From the NCBI GenBank assembly GCA_016861205.1, contig BOKX01000001.1:264539-328538 (forward strand): a stretch of 64,000 nt of DNA. Direction: 5' to 3'. Of this stretch, positions 1-8,083 are shown piece by piece. The notes beneath the pieces were generated by a model. That model was not told where the DNA came from, made no database searches, and saw only the letters and a list, made by a program, of their open reading frames with translations. Made by a program: the position numbers and the translations under genes. Positions within the stretch are counted from its first letter, which is position 1; each line of letters starts with the position of its first letter. This DNA is from Patescibacteria group bacterium (GTDB lineage: Bacteria; Patescibacteriota; Microgenomatia; UBA1400; PJMF01).

Positions 1-1263
1 TCTGATGAATCTGAATCAGTGTGAGCCGCAAACTGAGCCAAATCAGGCTCAACACTTTGTTTGCTGGTACTCAGCTCTGGCTCAGATGCCGTTGGCAGTT
101 CTGAAAGCTTGGGCTCAGGTAGTTCGACATCACTATCGGGCGTTACATCGGCATCTGCAGTCACGGTAGGAATAGCCGGTGGTAAAAGTGGCGTATGTGG
201 CTCAGGTAGCTCGAGAGTCTCATCAGCCTCGGGAAGCTTTGCTGAGTCGCTATCAACGGCAATATCGCTATCTACATCATCACTGTCATCCTCGATAGTA
301 CTCTCGGTCTCATCCTCAACTTCGGGTTTGGCAGCTGACTCGACTTCTGAATCGATCTGAGTGTCGTTAGCTGTAGTTGCCGGAGTCGTAGCAGCAACTT
401 TGGCTAAAGCTGCATCATCAGCCGGTGGCAGCTCAAAGCTTGGAGCATGATACTCAGGGATATCAAGGGTTTTCATGCCGGCTTCGATGGTCTGTTTGAG
501 GTAAGACGGCATCTGAGTTTCATCTTCCTTAAAAGTAGCCAGCTGCTGAATTGGCAGAATGTTGCTGATCATCTGTTTCAGATTGTCAGCCACTAACTCA
601 TTGGTAAGAAGATAGACAGTTTGCAGGCTTGGTTCGCCACCTTTGAGCGTTTTAATGGTTTCTGCTAAAGTATCAAGTTCTTCGACCTTTGCCTGGTTGG
701 CTTGATCAACGCCTATGTAGTGTTGAGCTAAGTAAAGATTGCCGCCGATTTGAATGAGCGTGATCGAAGGTTCAAGGGACACGACTGACTTGATACTCCA
801 GCTTAGCGGTGAGATACCCGAGATTTTAAGATGACGGTTACTCGCAATAGCCGAAAGCGGCATGACCACTGAGTTTTCTAAAGCACTTAACTGAGTTTTT
901 GTTTTGCCCAGATGTTCTGTTAGCGCAAAAATGCTGATTTGGTACTCGTCCTTGGTGAGGTTCAACTTTGGCAGGATATTTTCTTTGACGTACGCTTGGA
1001 CCTTGGCTTCGCCACTCTCCTCTACTTCTAAAATAGTATTGGTAAACAAGAAATCAGGTAAAACCACGTGATATTCGTCAGGTTCGATCTTGCCGATGAG
1101 TTTTTCGAGGTTTTCTACGATAAACTCATCCTCATTGAGGAACTCTCCATTTATCTGGCGAAAGGCCTGAATGGAAAAAGTATGTTCTTTTTTAGTTGGC
1201 AGCAATTCTGCGACGTAGGCTACGTCTGGTAAGATGTAGAGAAGTTTGCGAGTGTTTAGCATG
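1..1263 (-). CDS. Partial (runs off the left edge) protein: degenerate PilM/actin-like N-terminal region followed by a long acidic Pro/Asp/Glu/Ser-rich linker
   Basis: Not in the ORF track. ATG at 1263 opens a frame reading MLNTRKLLYILPDVAYVAELL...VVLPDFLFTNTILEV...LKISGISPLSWSI...ITLIQIGGN... with no stop before position 1; the distal part is low-complexity acidic (EDDSDDVDSD, ELPEP). Confidence 0.7.
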
Positions 1264-1377
1264 GACAAAGTTTATTCTGACACATTATGGTCGGATAAGA
1301 CAAGATCGGGTTTCTGTTTACGTCGCCTAAACCGGCCAAATTGAGCCATTTTGACATAGTAACGACCGGAACTGAAA

Positions 1378-1404
1378 TTAGCAGACAAGACACATCTCTG
1401 CTAA
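1378..1404. promoter_or_regulatory. CIRCE-like inverted repeat (candidate HrcA operator)
   Basis: TTAGCAGAC-N9-CTCTGCTAA versus consensus TTAGCACTC-N9-GAGTGCTAA; TTGACA at 1351-1356 upstream. Confidence 0.5.
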
Positions 1405-1472
1405 TTTAGGACAATGGAAATATTGCCCTATCAATCAATCTATATTTGGTCATGCCGGTGGCGGGTCAAATC

Positions 1473-1501
1473 TGGACATTTGGACACAAAAATCGTATAC
1501 T
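1473..1501 (+). promoter_or_regulatory. sigma70-type promoter of the trpS leader
   Basis: TGGACA (1473-1478), 17 nt, TATACT (1496-1501); the T-box begins about 10 nt downstream. Confidence 0.7.
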
Positions 1502-1510
1502 ATTTATAAC

Positions 1511-1729
1511 AGCGCTTGAGACGGGAGAATGGGCCCGTCGAGCTGGTGTGTGAATCATCTCTTACGAGAAAGTAGCACATCCGGTGAGAATCCGTTACCG
1601 TATTCTGGTCCTGAGTATCAGGACGCCGAGTGCTGAACCGTAAGGCTTCAGCAGACACAAGGTGGCACCGCCGTTTAGGCCCTTGTCTTGAGTATCTGTG
1701 GGGATGCTTGAGACGAGGGCTTATTTTGT
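1511..1729 (+). ncRNA. T-box riboswitch (Trp), transcriptional, with ultrashort Stem I
   Basis: K-turn plus helix GACGGG/CCCGTC capped by AGAA-TGG-G; Stem II with GAA and AGTA boxes; F-box CCGTTA with IIA/B pseudoknot (AGAAT/ATTCT); antiterminator ACAAGG-TGGCACC-GCC..GGC-CCTTGT; directly upstream of trpS. Confidence 0.9.
1679..1729 (+). terminator. Intrinsic terminator of the T-box leader
   Basis: 18-bp hairpin GCCCTTGTCTTGAGTATC/GATGCTTGAGACGAGGGC (with G-U pairs) followed by TTATTTTGT; overlaps the antiterminator 3' strand. Confidence 0.85.
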
Positions 1730-1744
1730 AACCACAAGGATGGT

Positions 1745-2731
1745 ATGAAAAACCAAACCGCCAAACACACTGTCTTGTCAGGGATCCGGGCCACTGGCCG
1801 CTTGCATCTGGGAAACTACCTGGGAGCTGTCAAAGGCATGCTAGAACTGCAGGACCAACCAGAGTATCGGACTCTGTACATGGTAGCCGATTTGCACACC
1901 CTGACGACCCCGTATCAGGTGGCTGAGTTGCGGCAAAACCGCCGAGAGGTATTGATCGATTATCTAGCGGCTGGTCTCGACCCTGAAAAAAGTATCTTGT
2001 TCCTGCAAGCTGACGTCAACGAACACGCCGAACTCGCCTACTACTTCTCATCAGTGACCACGGTGGCCAAAATGCAGCACTTACCTACTTTTAAAGACAA
2101 AGTGAAGCAATACCCTGAGCATGTAACCATGGCTCTGTTGAACTATCCAGTTCTGATGGCTGCAGATATTTTGATCTATAAAGCAGACTCGGTGCCAGTT
2201 GGCGTTGATCAAGAACCACATATTGAGGTAGCTCGTGAGATAGCTCGTCGAATGAATCAAGATTACGGGACCGCTTTTCCTGAGCCGCAACGTTTTGTGA
2301 CACCTGGTGGTTATGTGCCATCGTTAACAGGCGAAGGTAAGATGAGCAAGTCGGTGGAGGGTAGTTACATTCGCTTGACGGATACCCTTGACGAGATCCG
2401 AAAGAAAGTCCGAGCTGTGCCGACAGCCACTACTGCGGGAGGGGCGATGCCCGCCGGCGTGGAAGCCTTATTCACTTTCTTGGAGTTGTTAGCACCAGAA
2501 CAAGTAGCAGCCTTCAAAACCGCCTTTGATGATGGCAGTTTGAGATTTTCTGAGCTGAAAGATGCAGTCGCCGAGGCAATTTTCGCTGAAGTTGAGCCAA
2601 TCCAGCGTCGACGGGCCGAGTTAGAGGCCAATCCTGACTATGTGAACCAAGTCATCGCTAACGGTGCCGAACAAGCTCGAGCAATCGCTCAAGCAACCAT
2701 TCGGGAAGTGCGTGAGAAGATGGGTTTCTAG
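1745..2731 (+). CDS. trpS: Tryptophan--tRNA ligase
   Basis: SGIRATGRLHLGNYLGA (HIGH motif), YPVLMAADIL, VPVGVDQEPH, KMSKS; SD AAGGA. Confidence 0.97.
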   Translation: MKNQTAKHTVLSGIRATGRLHLGNYLGAVKGMLELQDQPEYRTLYMVADLHTLTTPYQVAELRQNRREVLIDYLAAGLDPEKSILFLQADVNEHAELAYYFSSVTTVAKMQHLPTFKDKVKQYPEHVTMALLNYPVLMAADILIYKADSVPVGVDQEPHIEVAREIARRMNQDYGTAFPEPQRFVTPGGYVPSLTGEGKMSKSVEGSYIRLTDTLDEIRKKVRAVPTATTAGGAMPAGVEALFTFLELLAPEQVAAFKTAFDDGSLRFSELKDAVAEAIFAEVEPIQRRRAELEANPDYVNQVIANGAEQARAIAQATIREVREKMGF

Positions 2732-2770
2732 ATTTTTAGGTCTCTATAAGCTTGTCAAAAGGAGGCTGAC

Positions 2771-3238
2771 GTGTCTGGCATAATACAGTCAAGAATTGAA
2801 CAAATTCACCAGGGCAAGAATCCCTATTTTGTTGCTGAACTGATGACTGGCTATGTTGTATTGGGCGACCATCAGAGATTTGTAGGATACACCTTGTTTT
2901 TATCAAAATCTGAAGCCACAGAACTCCATGAACTGCCGACGCACCAACGGTTACTGTTCTTGGAAGAAATGGCATTGGTGGCGGAGTGCGTCTGGCAAGC
3001 TTTTTCACCCAATAAGCTGAACTATGAATTGTTGGGAAATGGTGACCCACACATGCATTGGCATATTTTTCCAAGGCGGGATGACGACGGGGTGACTGGT
3101 CCGGTGTGGTGGTTGCCCTACACGGAAATGAAAGTGACTGTCTCAGACGAAGAAATGAGAGCGCTAAAGCAAAAATTGAAACGAGCCATACTAAACAACT
3201 CGGCTCTGAAACCCCATATAGTCAAAGTTTGTGAGTAA
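2771..3238 (+). CDS. HIT family hydrolase
   Basis: KLNYELLGNGDPHMHWHIFPRR (HxHxH triad); SD AAGGAGG before the GTG start. Confidence 0.9.
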   Translation: MSGIIQSRIEQIHQGKNPYFVAELMTGYVVLGDHQRFVGYTLFLSKSEATELHELPTHQRLLFLEEMALVAECVWQAFSPNKLNYELLGNGDPHMHWHIFPRRDDDGVTGPVWWLPYTEMKVTVSDEEMRALKQKLKRAILNNSALKPHIVKVCE

Positions 3239-3341
3239 ACTATGGTGTGACGCTAGATCCGCAGGTGTGTTTTTAATCTACATTGTTTTGTAACGTTGAC
3301 CTGGTATATTTTGCCCTACTACTTTTTGTGGGGACAAAATC

Positions 3342-3734
3342 ATGGCGGAAATTGTGCACGGCGGGTACGAACAGTTGCAGGTTATTGAGGCGACTGAAGT
3401 GGTCGACAATGACCAAACGACCCAGGTAGCCAGCGAAAAAACATTTCGTCTCAAAGACGCAGCGATCGCTATTTTTTGGGGTCATGAAAACCAGAGTTGC
3501 CAAACAGTGCTGATCCGATTGCTAGTGCTCGGTTACTTACCGGCATTGGCTGGTAATGTGCTTTTTTCGGAGATTTTAAACAGTCAGTATAGCCACAGTA
3601 TCGGATTCGCCGATCATGAACTAACAGTTAACCGAGACCAGCTGTTAACACTGACTGTCGCCTTCGTGGCTTTCTTTTCAATCTATGCACTCATTTTGCC
3701 GTTGGCGAAGTGGGGAGAGACTGCAAATGAGTGA
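3342..3734 (+). CDS. Hypothetical membrane protein (2 TM)
   Basis: 130-aa ORF filling the intergenic space, with two hydrophobic segments. Confidence 0.6.
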   Translation: MAEIVHGGYEQLQVIEATEVVDNDQTTQVASEKTFRLKDAAIAIFWGHENQSCQTVLIRLLVLGYLPALAGNVLFSEILNSQYSHSIGFADHELTVNRDQLLTLTVAFVAFFSIYALILPLAKWGETANE

Positions 3735-3826
3735 TATTGTTTGCTACTTCGGGTCAATGGCACCTTTGTTTCGCACACAGTTTGTGTGCGTCGCTTATGC
3801 ATTTCTGACTTTGATACCATCGACCT

Positions 3827-6550
3827 ATGCTCCGCAAAAATAATGCCACCGACTTTATTTCTTTCTTGGTTGTTTCCCTGGTAGCCTTAATGGGATTTCT
3901 GGTGGTTGTCAAACCAACCCAGGCGCAAGTTGTTGGTGCCACTTACTATGTGGCCACGACTGGTAGTAACACTAATCCTGGCACAGAATCACAACCGTGG
4001 CAGACTATTCAATACGCAGCGGCTCGGTTGCAAGCTGGAGACACAGTGATTATTCGGGGTGGCACCTATCAAGAGCAAGTAACTCCAGCCAATTCAGGAA
4101 CTGAGTCAGCGCCCATTACCTATCGAGCTTACCAAGGTGAGACGCCGGTGATTGATGGTAACAATGCCATAGGTTTAAATCTGGAAATTGTGAATAGAAG
4201 TTACTTGGTGTTTGACGGCCTTAGAGTTGAAGAGCCCGCCAATTCTTGGGCTTTGGTTGAGAACAGTCATCACATTACTTTCGCTAACATGGTTTTTGCA
4301 AACCCGACTTACCCGAGTGGATTACGACGAAGTTTCCAAGGCTTGTACTTCAGATACAGTCACCATAATGTATTACGGAACTCTCTCCTTGAGTATTGGG
4401 GACGCTATCAAGAAGGTGACAATGAAGGTAATAACCTTCGGATTGTCAGTCACGCTAATGCAGATGGTGGTTACAACTTGATTGAGGGCAATACATTCCG
4501 ATACTGTGCCAACAGTTGCGCCATGATTAACTCCTCATACAACCTGATTCGAAATAACACTTTTGATAATGAGTGGCAAAAAGGGATGGAGATTTCGTGG
4601 ATGAGTAACCCAGGTGATGAACCACCTGGTACCGAGTGGCCAGCCATTGGCAACGTAGTTGAAGACAACAACTTTGTCCGGTTTGGTCAATCACAATACA
4701 ATCACGGTGGCTACGCAATGGCTGTGGTGAGTGAGGAAAACATCATTCGACGCAACATTATGCGCAATGGTGACCATCTGGGGGTGTTTTTGAATACCAT
4801 TGACCCTTATGCGACCAACCATCGTCGAAACTATCTTTACCACAACACGATTGTTAACAATGGCTTGGATAGGTTTGAGTGGTTGGGCACTGGTGTACAG
4901 GCATCGAACTTTGGAGCTGGTTTTGAACTGCGAGACGACGTGATTAAAAACAACATTATTTGGGGCAACCTGCCTGGTGCAGGCAACAATCCTTTTCAAC
5001 TCTCGATGGAGTTGTCGGGTAGTGGCAACAGCTTGCCCTATGGTGGTTTCACCATCGCGGGAAACTTGATTCAAAACTTGAGACCGGGTTCTTGCTATCC
5101 CACATCAGGTGACTGTCCTTTCATCATTATTGGTTCGTCACCAAACACAGCGAATATTCCTACCCTCAATACTTTGAACCCCAACTTTTATGGGAATCGA
5201 GAAGGAAACCCTGGTTTTGTGCAGTACAACGCAGCAGCATCTACCTTTGATCTAAACTTAACAGCGACTTCAGACGCGGTCGACACGGGTGTGGCATTAG
5301 CGCAAACAGTGTCATCGGGCAGCGGGATTGTTGTACCTGTCACTGACGTGGGTTACTTCCGAGATGGTATGGGCCACACCACCGGTGATCTTATCCAGAT
5401 CGGAACCGAAGTCGTTCAGGTCGTGAGTATTGACCGGACTGCTAACACGTTAACAGTCGATCGGGCAATCTCCTGGGGTGCGCAAGCCGTAGTGGCGTTA
5501 CCCTACAGTGGTACTGCCCCAGACATCGGTGCGCGCGAGTTTGGTGGGCCGTTGCCATCGCCGAGCCCATCACCATCACCTTCACCAAGTCCGACACCGA
5601 CTCCAACCCCGAGTCCATCACCTAGCCCGTCGCCATCGCCAAGTCCGACACCGGAGCCAACCCCGACTCCAACTCCGAGTCCGTCGCCTAGCCCATCACC
5701 TTCGCCAAGCCCAAGTGTGGAGCCAACTCCCACCCCGACACCGTCCCCTAGCCCGAGCCCAACCCCAACTCCCACACCAACCCCCACGGCCGTGGCATAC
5801 CTCTCGGTAGCTAGCAATGGCACGCTGGGTGGAGTAGCTGTTGCCGATGAAGATATCGTCCAGCTAGATACAACCACTGGTACCTATCAAATGTATTTTG
5901 ATGGTTCAGATGTCGGCTTAGCCGCCACCAACCTTGATGCATTCGATATTTTGCCGAATGGTCACATTTTGTTTTCAACGAGCACCGAAGTTGGTTTAGC
6001 TGGAATAGGCACAGCGTATCCAGAAGATGTGACTGAGTTCATACCAACTTCAACAGGTGCTAACACGGTAGGTACATTTGCGCGTTTCTTTGACGGCTCA
6101 AATGTCAACCTGTATCAGACGACTCACAACGTCGACGGTGTTGCTTACTTGCCAGATGGTCGGGTTCTGATTTCGACAACTGGTCGGTACACTGTCATGG
6201 GTTTGGCTGCAGGCGAGGATGAGGACATCATTGCTCTGGTGCCAACCAGTTTAGGCGCCCAAACTGCAGGAACTTGGACCATGTACTTCGATGGTTCAGA
6301 CGTTGGTTTAGCCAACAGTGACGCCGAAGATGTGAACGGTTTTTACGTCGATGGTCAAGGTCGTTTAAACTTCACCACCTTTGGCAACTTCAGTGTGACT
6401 GGCCTAACTGGCGCTAACGAAGACGTTGGCCAGTTTGTGCCGACCAGCCTAGGTTCAACAACGGCGGGAACGTTTACAGCCCCGCTGCTCTTTGACGGCA
6501 GCGCTTTTGGGCTGGCTAACTTCAACGTTGATGGTTTTAAGATGCACTAA
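3827..6550 (+). CDS. Secreted/surface protein: right-handed beta-helix (pectin-lyase-like fold), Pro/Ser/Thr linker, C-terminal triple-repeat domain
   Basis: Signal peptide; [41 protein letters not shown] start typical of beta-helix proteins; many NxI.NN repeats; APDIGARE end motif; (PS/PT)n linker; three FDGS(D/N)V(G/N)L repeats. Confidence 0.85.
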   Translation: MLRKNNATDFISFLVVSLVALMGFLVVVKPTQAQVVGATYYVATTGSNTNPGTESQPWQTIQYAAARLQAGDTVIIRGGTYQEQVTPANSGTESAPITYRAYQGETPVIDGNNAIGLNLEIVNRSYLVFDGLRVEEPANSWALVENSHHITFANMVFANPTYPSGLRRSFQGLYFRYSHHNVLRNSLLEYWGRYQEGDNEGNNLRIVSHANADGGYNLIEGNTFRYCANSCAMINSSYNLIRNNTFDNEWQKGMEISWMSNPGDEPPGTEWPAIGNVVEDNNFVRFGQSQYNHGGYAMAVVSEENIIRRNIMRNGDHLGVFLNTIDPYATNHRRNYLYHNTIVNNGLDRFEWLGTGVQASNFGAGFELRDDVIKNNIIWGNLPGAGNNPFQLSMELSGSGNSLPYGGFTIAGNLIQNLRPGSCYPTSGDCPFIIIGSSPNTANIPTLNTLNPNFYGNREGNPGFVQYNAAASTFDLNLTATSDAVDTGVALAQTVSSGSGIVVPVTDVGYFRDGMGHTTGDLIQIGTEVVQVVSIDRTANTLTVDRAISWGAQAVVALPYSGTAPDIGAREFGGPLPSPSPSPSPSPSPTPTPTPSPSPSPSPSPSPTPEPTPTPTPSPSPSPSPSPSPSVEPTPTPTPSPSPSPTPTPTPTPTAVAYLSVASNGTLGGVAVADEDIVQLDTTTGTYQMYFDGSDVGLAATNLDAFDILPNGHILFSTSTEVGLAGIGTAYPEDVTEFIPTSTGANTVGTFARFFDGSNVNLYQTTHNVDGVAYLPDGRVLISTTGRYTVMGLAAGEDEDIIALVPTSLGAQTAGTWTMYFDGSDVGLANSDAEDVNGFYVDGQGRLNFTTFGNFSVTGLTGANEDVGQFVPTSLGSTTAGTFTAPLLFDGSAFGLANFNVDGFKMH
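5554..5787 (+). repeat. Pro-Ser/Pro-Thr dipeptide linker (low complexity, coding)
   Basis: About 78 codons of PSPSPTPTP with varied synonymous codons. Confidence 0.9.
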
Positions 6551-6676
6551 ATCCATGGTCCACACTGACGCTCACACCACCTTGTTCTACACGTTTGCTC
6601 ATGGTTTGCTATTCTAGCGCATTGTTTGTGCAAAGCTAGCGTAAAGCATGTCAACAAGTGTAGTTTGCGGGAAAAG

Positions 6677-6750
6677 TGAGTCCGGTGGGACTCGAACCCA
6701 CGACGCACAGCTTAAAAGGCTGTCGCTCTAACCGACTGAGCTACGGACCC
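6677..6750 (-). tRNA. tRNA-Lys(TTT)
   Basis: GGGTCCG..ACAGC-CTTTTAA-GCTGT..GGTTCGAGTCC..CGGACTC-A cloverleaf; CCA not encoded. Confidence 0.95.
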
Positions 6751-6815
6751 GGTTAGCAGTAACCAGTTTTGGTTACAACTTGAGAATTATACCAGCCCGA
6801 GGGATTTTTGAGTAG

Positions 6816-7076
6816 TTAGTGGGTTTTGCTGTATGATTGATCGAACTGACTCAGATAGTGTACGACGGCGGTAGCTGATACCTTTTCGGTATCAGACAAC
6901 CAAAAATCTGAGGAGTACGCATCAACCGCAGCCTCATAACAATGTTTGTCAGGTGGATAGTTAGCTGGTAAAAAATAAAAAACATACCCAGAGGCCTTTG
7001 GGTCAGGAATGGGTTCTTTGTTGATGGCGTTTGCCTTCACATCTGCAACGGTATACATGATATCTTTTTCTCGCAT
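6816..7076 (-). CDS. Hypothetical protein (86 aa)
   Basis: ATG at 7076 with a perfect SD AAGGAGG; the longer start in the ORF track is unlikely. Confidence 0.6.
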   Translation of the reverse strand: MREKDIMYTVADVKANAINKEPIPDPKASGYVFYFLPANYPPDKHCYEAAVDAYSSDFWLSDTEKVSATAVVHYLSQFDQSYSKTH

Positions 7077-7234
7077 CCTGCCTCCTTGTCGCTTCAGCGG
7101 CATGAACCTAACAAGGAATAGCATACACCTGTTTGCAAATGCTGCCTGACAAACGTGATTACAGAGAAACTGACAAACTGGATATGTTGAAACGAGTGTC
7201 CGTTTTAAAATAAGCGTTAGGATACAATACAAGC

Positions 7235-8083
7235 ATGCCAGAATTACCAGAAGTTGAAACCATCGCCCACCGCCTACGACAGGTAGTGTGTGATCAACAG
7301 ATTCAAACTATCACTCCTCTGCATGACAAAAGCTTTCAGGGAAATCCTTTGGCAGTAGTCAGCACCCAAATTACTGATGTTCGCCGAAAAGGCAAGCAAT
7401 TGCGACTCCAGCTCGATAATGGGCATAGTTTAGCTATTCACCTCAAGATGACGGGACAACTGATTTATGTTGACAATGAACACCGATTTGGTGGTGGTCA
7501 TCCTACTGCTGACTGGGTGCAAGACTTGCCCAGCAGACACACCAGAGTAATTATAGAGTTTGCGAAGGGTGGAAAACTATTTTTTAACGACCAGAGGTTA
7601 TTTGGTTGGATAAAGCTTATTTCAGATGCTGAGCTAGATGCGCAGTGGCAGTCATTACCTCCAGATATAAACGAGGCAAATGCCACAGCTGAGTATCTGC
7701 AAAACAGACTCGGCAAAAGAGGGATTCCCATCAAAGTTGGATTGCTGGACTCAAGTATTGTTGGTGGCTTGGGGAATATTTATGTCTGTGACGCACTCAA
7801 CGAAGCTCAGATCCATCCTGAAAGACCTGCTAAGTCGCTAAGCTCTGCCGAGTGGCAGCGAGTGACTGCAGCAGCCAAGCGAGTGATCGAACAAGGCATT
7901 GAGCTTGGTGGTACCACTTTTGACGGCAAGTATGTCGATGTGGCTGGCTTCGCTGGTGGTTACCAAACAGTTGCCCGAGTCTACGATCGAAAAGGTGAGG
8001 CTTGTTTGCAGTGTGGTGGCTTAATCGTTAAAACCAAATTGGCTGGTCGCGGAACATACTACTGTGAGCAGTGCCAGCGTTAA
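7235..8083 (+). CDS. mutM: Formamidopyrimidine-DNA glycosylase (Fpg)
   Basis: MPELPEVE N-terminus, HLKMTG, GLGNIY, C-terminal Zn finger CLQC..RGTYYCEQCQ. Confidence 0.97.
   Translation: MPELPEVETIAHRLRQVVCDQQIQTITPLHDKSFQGNPLAVVSTQITDVRRKGKQLRLQLDNGHSLAIHLKMTGQLIYVDNEHRFGGGHPTADWVQDLPSRHTRVIIEFAKGGKLFFNDQRLFGWIKLISDAELDAQWQSLPPDINEANATAEYLQNRLGKRGIPIKVGLLDSSIVGGLGNIYVCDALNEAQIHPERPAKSLSSAEWQRVTAAAKRVIEQGIELGGTTFDGKYVDVAGFAGGYQTVARVYDRKGEACLQCGGLIVKTKLAGRGTYYCEQCQR

Noticed and set aside
61-360. 99-aa Ser-rich + strand ORF
   Set aside because: Antisense shadow of the acidic linker of the minus-strand gene 1-1263.
1320-1345. GCCTAAACC resembling part of a c-di-GMP-I riboswitch
   Set aside because: The GCAAA/GNRA P2 elements and P1 pairing are missing.
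1414-1509. Two-Trp ORF as a trpS leader peptide
   Set aside because: It lies upstream of and across the trpS promoter, and the T-box already explains Trp sensing.
5503-5877. Periodic repeat and G/V-rich or His-rich alternative ORFs
   Set aside because: Other frames of the PS/PT linker; no constant repeat with unique spacers, so not CRISPR.
6538-6603. Minus-strand 21-codon ORF after TAGAAT (MSKRVEQGG...)
   Set aside because: Too short, runs into the 3' end of the convergent gene, and has no other support.
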